Of a DNA stretch of 64,000 nt, positions 62,431 through 64,000 are shown in pieces (the first letter of the stretch is position 1; each line of letters starts with the position of its first letter). The notes under the pieces are model-generated. The model was given only the letters and a program-made list of their open reading frames with translations, searched no databases and was not told where the DNA came from. Both the position numbers and the translations under genes were made by a program. The stretch lies in NCBI RefSeq assembly GCF_021028975.2, contig NC_059433.1, positions 58,218,001-58,282,000 on the forward strand. The letters run 5' to 3'. This stretch comes from Sphaerodactylus townsendi (taxonomy: Eukaryota).

Positions 62431-62515
62431 CTTGGAATGGATTGCCACAAAATTGGGGTGGAAGAAAATGTGCCCAAGTTCCCTATTGAGACAGTCCCCA
62501 TCCTGTGTGGTGTGA

Positions 62516-63094
62516 TGTTTGGAGTATCTGAGAGAGGCAAGACCCTCGCTGTGCCATGGAAGCTGGCTGGGTGGTCTTGAGCTGGTTCCGCTCTCTGTGT
62601 CTAACCTACTTTATAGTAGAACCGCACCCCCTTTCTATTTCACATGTGTTGGGATTTGCAAGTGTCTATCACAATTCAGACATGAAGGGGTTAACTATGT
62701 GCATGCTAATTAGTTACTGAGGTCAGAGTTTTATGACTAGTTTATTGGTCAACTAACCCCAGCATTGCCTATATGAGACCAGTCAGGTAAGTCAGGGGTT
62801 ATAAAGTGAAGAATGTTTCTTTGTTTCACACACGCTCTTTTTCACTCTCTCTTACACACACACAATGTTGAAATTCACAAAGGTGAATCTCTGCCTTGCT
62901 AGATAGGCACCATGTGGGATCACATGGTCCTAAGCAATGTAACCAAGTTAGTGCTGGAATAGAAAGTTGTTCTTTATTTTCTTCCATGTAATCCCTTCCC
63001 TTATTAGTAAGTAAACTCTTTTATATAACAGCAACTGTCTCATGGTTTCTTATTCTGCTCTCTGCTAAATATCAAGTTTAACAATCCAACAACA
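62516..63094 (+). mobile_element. Solo LTR upstream of GGH
   Basis: TGTT...AACA termini, 5-bp TSD TGTGA (62511-15, 63095-99), TATAAA at 62800, AGTAAA at 63010. Confidence 0.75.
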
Positions 63095-63339
63095 TGTGAC
63101 AGAAGCAACAGGTCGTTTCCTAAAGTAGCTTCATGAAACTGTTCAGGCTGTCAGGTCCTCAAGTTCAGTAAGTTCTGCTTATAACAACTTAATAAGCTAC
63201 AAGGAGGCACAGGCCATGTTTGGGGGTGGGTGGGGACCATATGTGTATAATACTGTTTTTGAAGAAAGAATCGAGACCAAAAGTCAATCCACCTAACAGT
63301 CAGTAAACCTCAGTTGTTGGACTGAAAAAATGTATTTCC

Positions 63340-63565
63340 TGTAGTCTGCAATGCCAACTGTGACTAAGCACAACTGGATTTCAGTGCACTGCAGTAGCAC
63401 CTTAGACATCAGCGAGGTTTGGGGTGTAAGCTTTCAAGAGTCAAAACTCCCTTTTGATGGTGTTTGAAGACAGCACTGAGTCTCAAAAATCTTGTTTGGC
63501 TCTAAGGTGCTACTGGACTCGAATGTAGCTGTTCCGTTGCAGGGCATCGTGGCTACCATCTGAAA
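63340..63565. mobile_element. Inverted Penelope/Neptune-like pLTR repeat
   Basis: Perfect 15-bp arms CAGTAGCACCTTAGA (63392-63406) / TCTAAGGTGCTACTG (63501-63515); homologous to 23861-23999. Confidence 0.6.
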
Positions 63566-64000
63566 TTGATGTAAACAGGTGAGAAGAATTGCATTATTAC
63601 AGTGTCGTAGTAGCCCTGCCTTAGAGAAAGAAATGGTCCCATCTCCGTTTAATTTTTAGTTGTTGATGTAGGGGTGTGTTTCCAAGAATCCTATGTGTGC
63701 TGATTGCCCTGATTCCATGTTAGGAGCTAGCAATGGCCTGCTGTGGAAGAGGTGAGGCAAAAGCTGTCCTCAGGCTATGCTAATAAATGGCAAAACCTGA
63801 TTCACTGATGTGACATCAGCAGGCCTACCCACTGCCGCAGGGTTTGGTCGATCAAGGTAATTTCATCAGCAAATGCAAATCTTTCTGTGTTCAATATCTA
63901 ATTTCTATTAAGCAACCAGGTGCACAGATTACCTTTTCTTGAATGTGTCCTAGTTTACTAACCTGCCCCAGGAATGGAGAGAGACTTCCTTCTGTTCACC

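Noticed and set aside
61788-62515. + strand ORFs of 125 and 117 aa antisense to GGH exon 1
   Set aside because: Expected in GC-rich sequence; no domain similarity or splice structure recognised.
63100-64000. TTPA exons expected next to GGH by synteny
   Set aside because: No TTPA-like coding sequence was recognised within the window.

Overview
Vertebrate genomic DNA. The repeat content (Sauria/Squam-type SINEs, CR1, Penelope-like elements, hAT/Harbinger/TcMar MITEs) points to a squamate, probably a gecko. Two genes converge. On the + strand is the 3' end of NKAIN3: a 61-nt coding exon at 26182-26242, a terminal exon from 35896, and a probable alternative terminal exon at 32205. On the - strand is a complete 9-exon gamma-glutamyl hydrolase gene, GGH (ATG 62044, stop 47431, 981 nt, 326 aa). 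GGH has intact catalytic motifs, a CpG-rich promoter and a non-canonical GC-AG intron 2. The rest is intronic or intergenic and rich in transposons, many with recognisable TIRs and TSDs. I found no convincing new gene or system, and almost all other six-frame ORFs are repeat-derived or chance. The leads most worth following are: hammerhead-ribozyme remnants in Penelope-like repeats, an inverted SINE pair bracketing GGH exons 5-8 (circRNA/editing candidate), a frame-disrupted NKAIN3 alternative last exon, a solo LTR next to the GGH promoter, and the GC donor. Gene and family names come from recalled homology, not from a database search.
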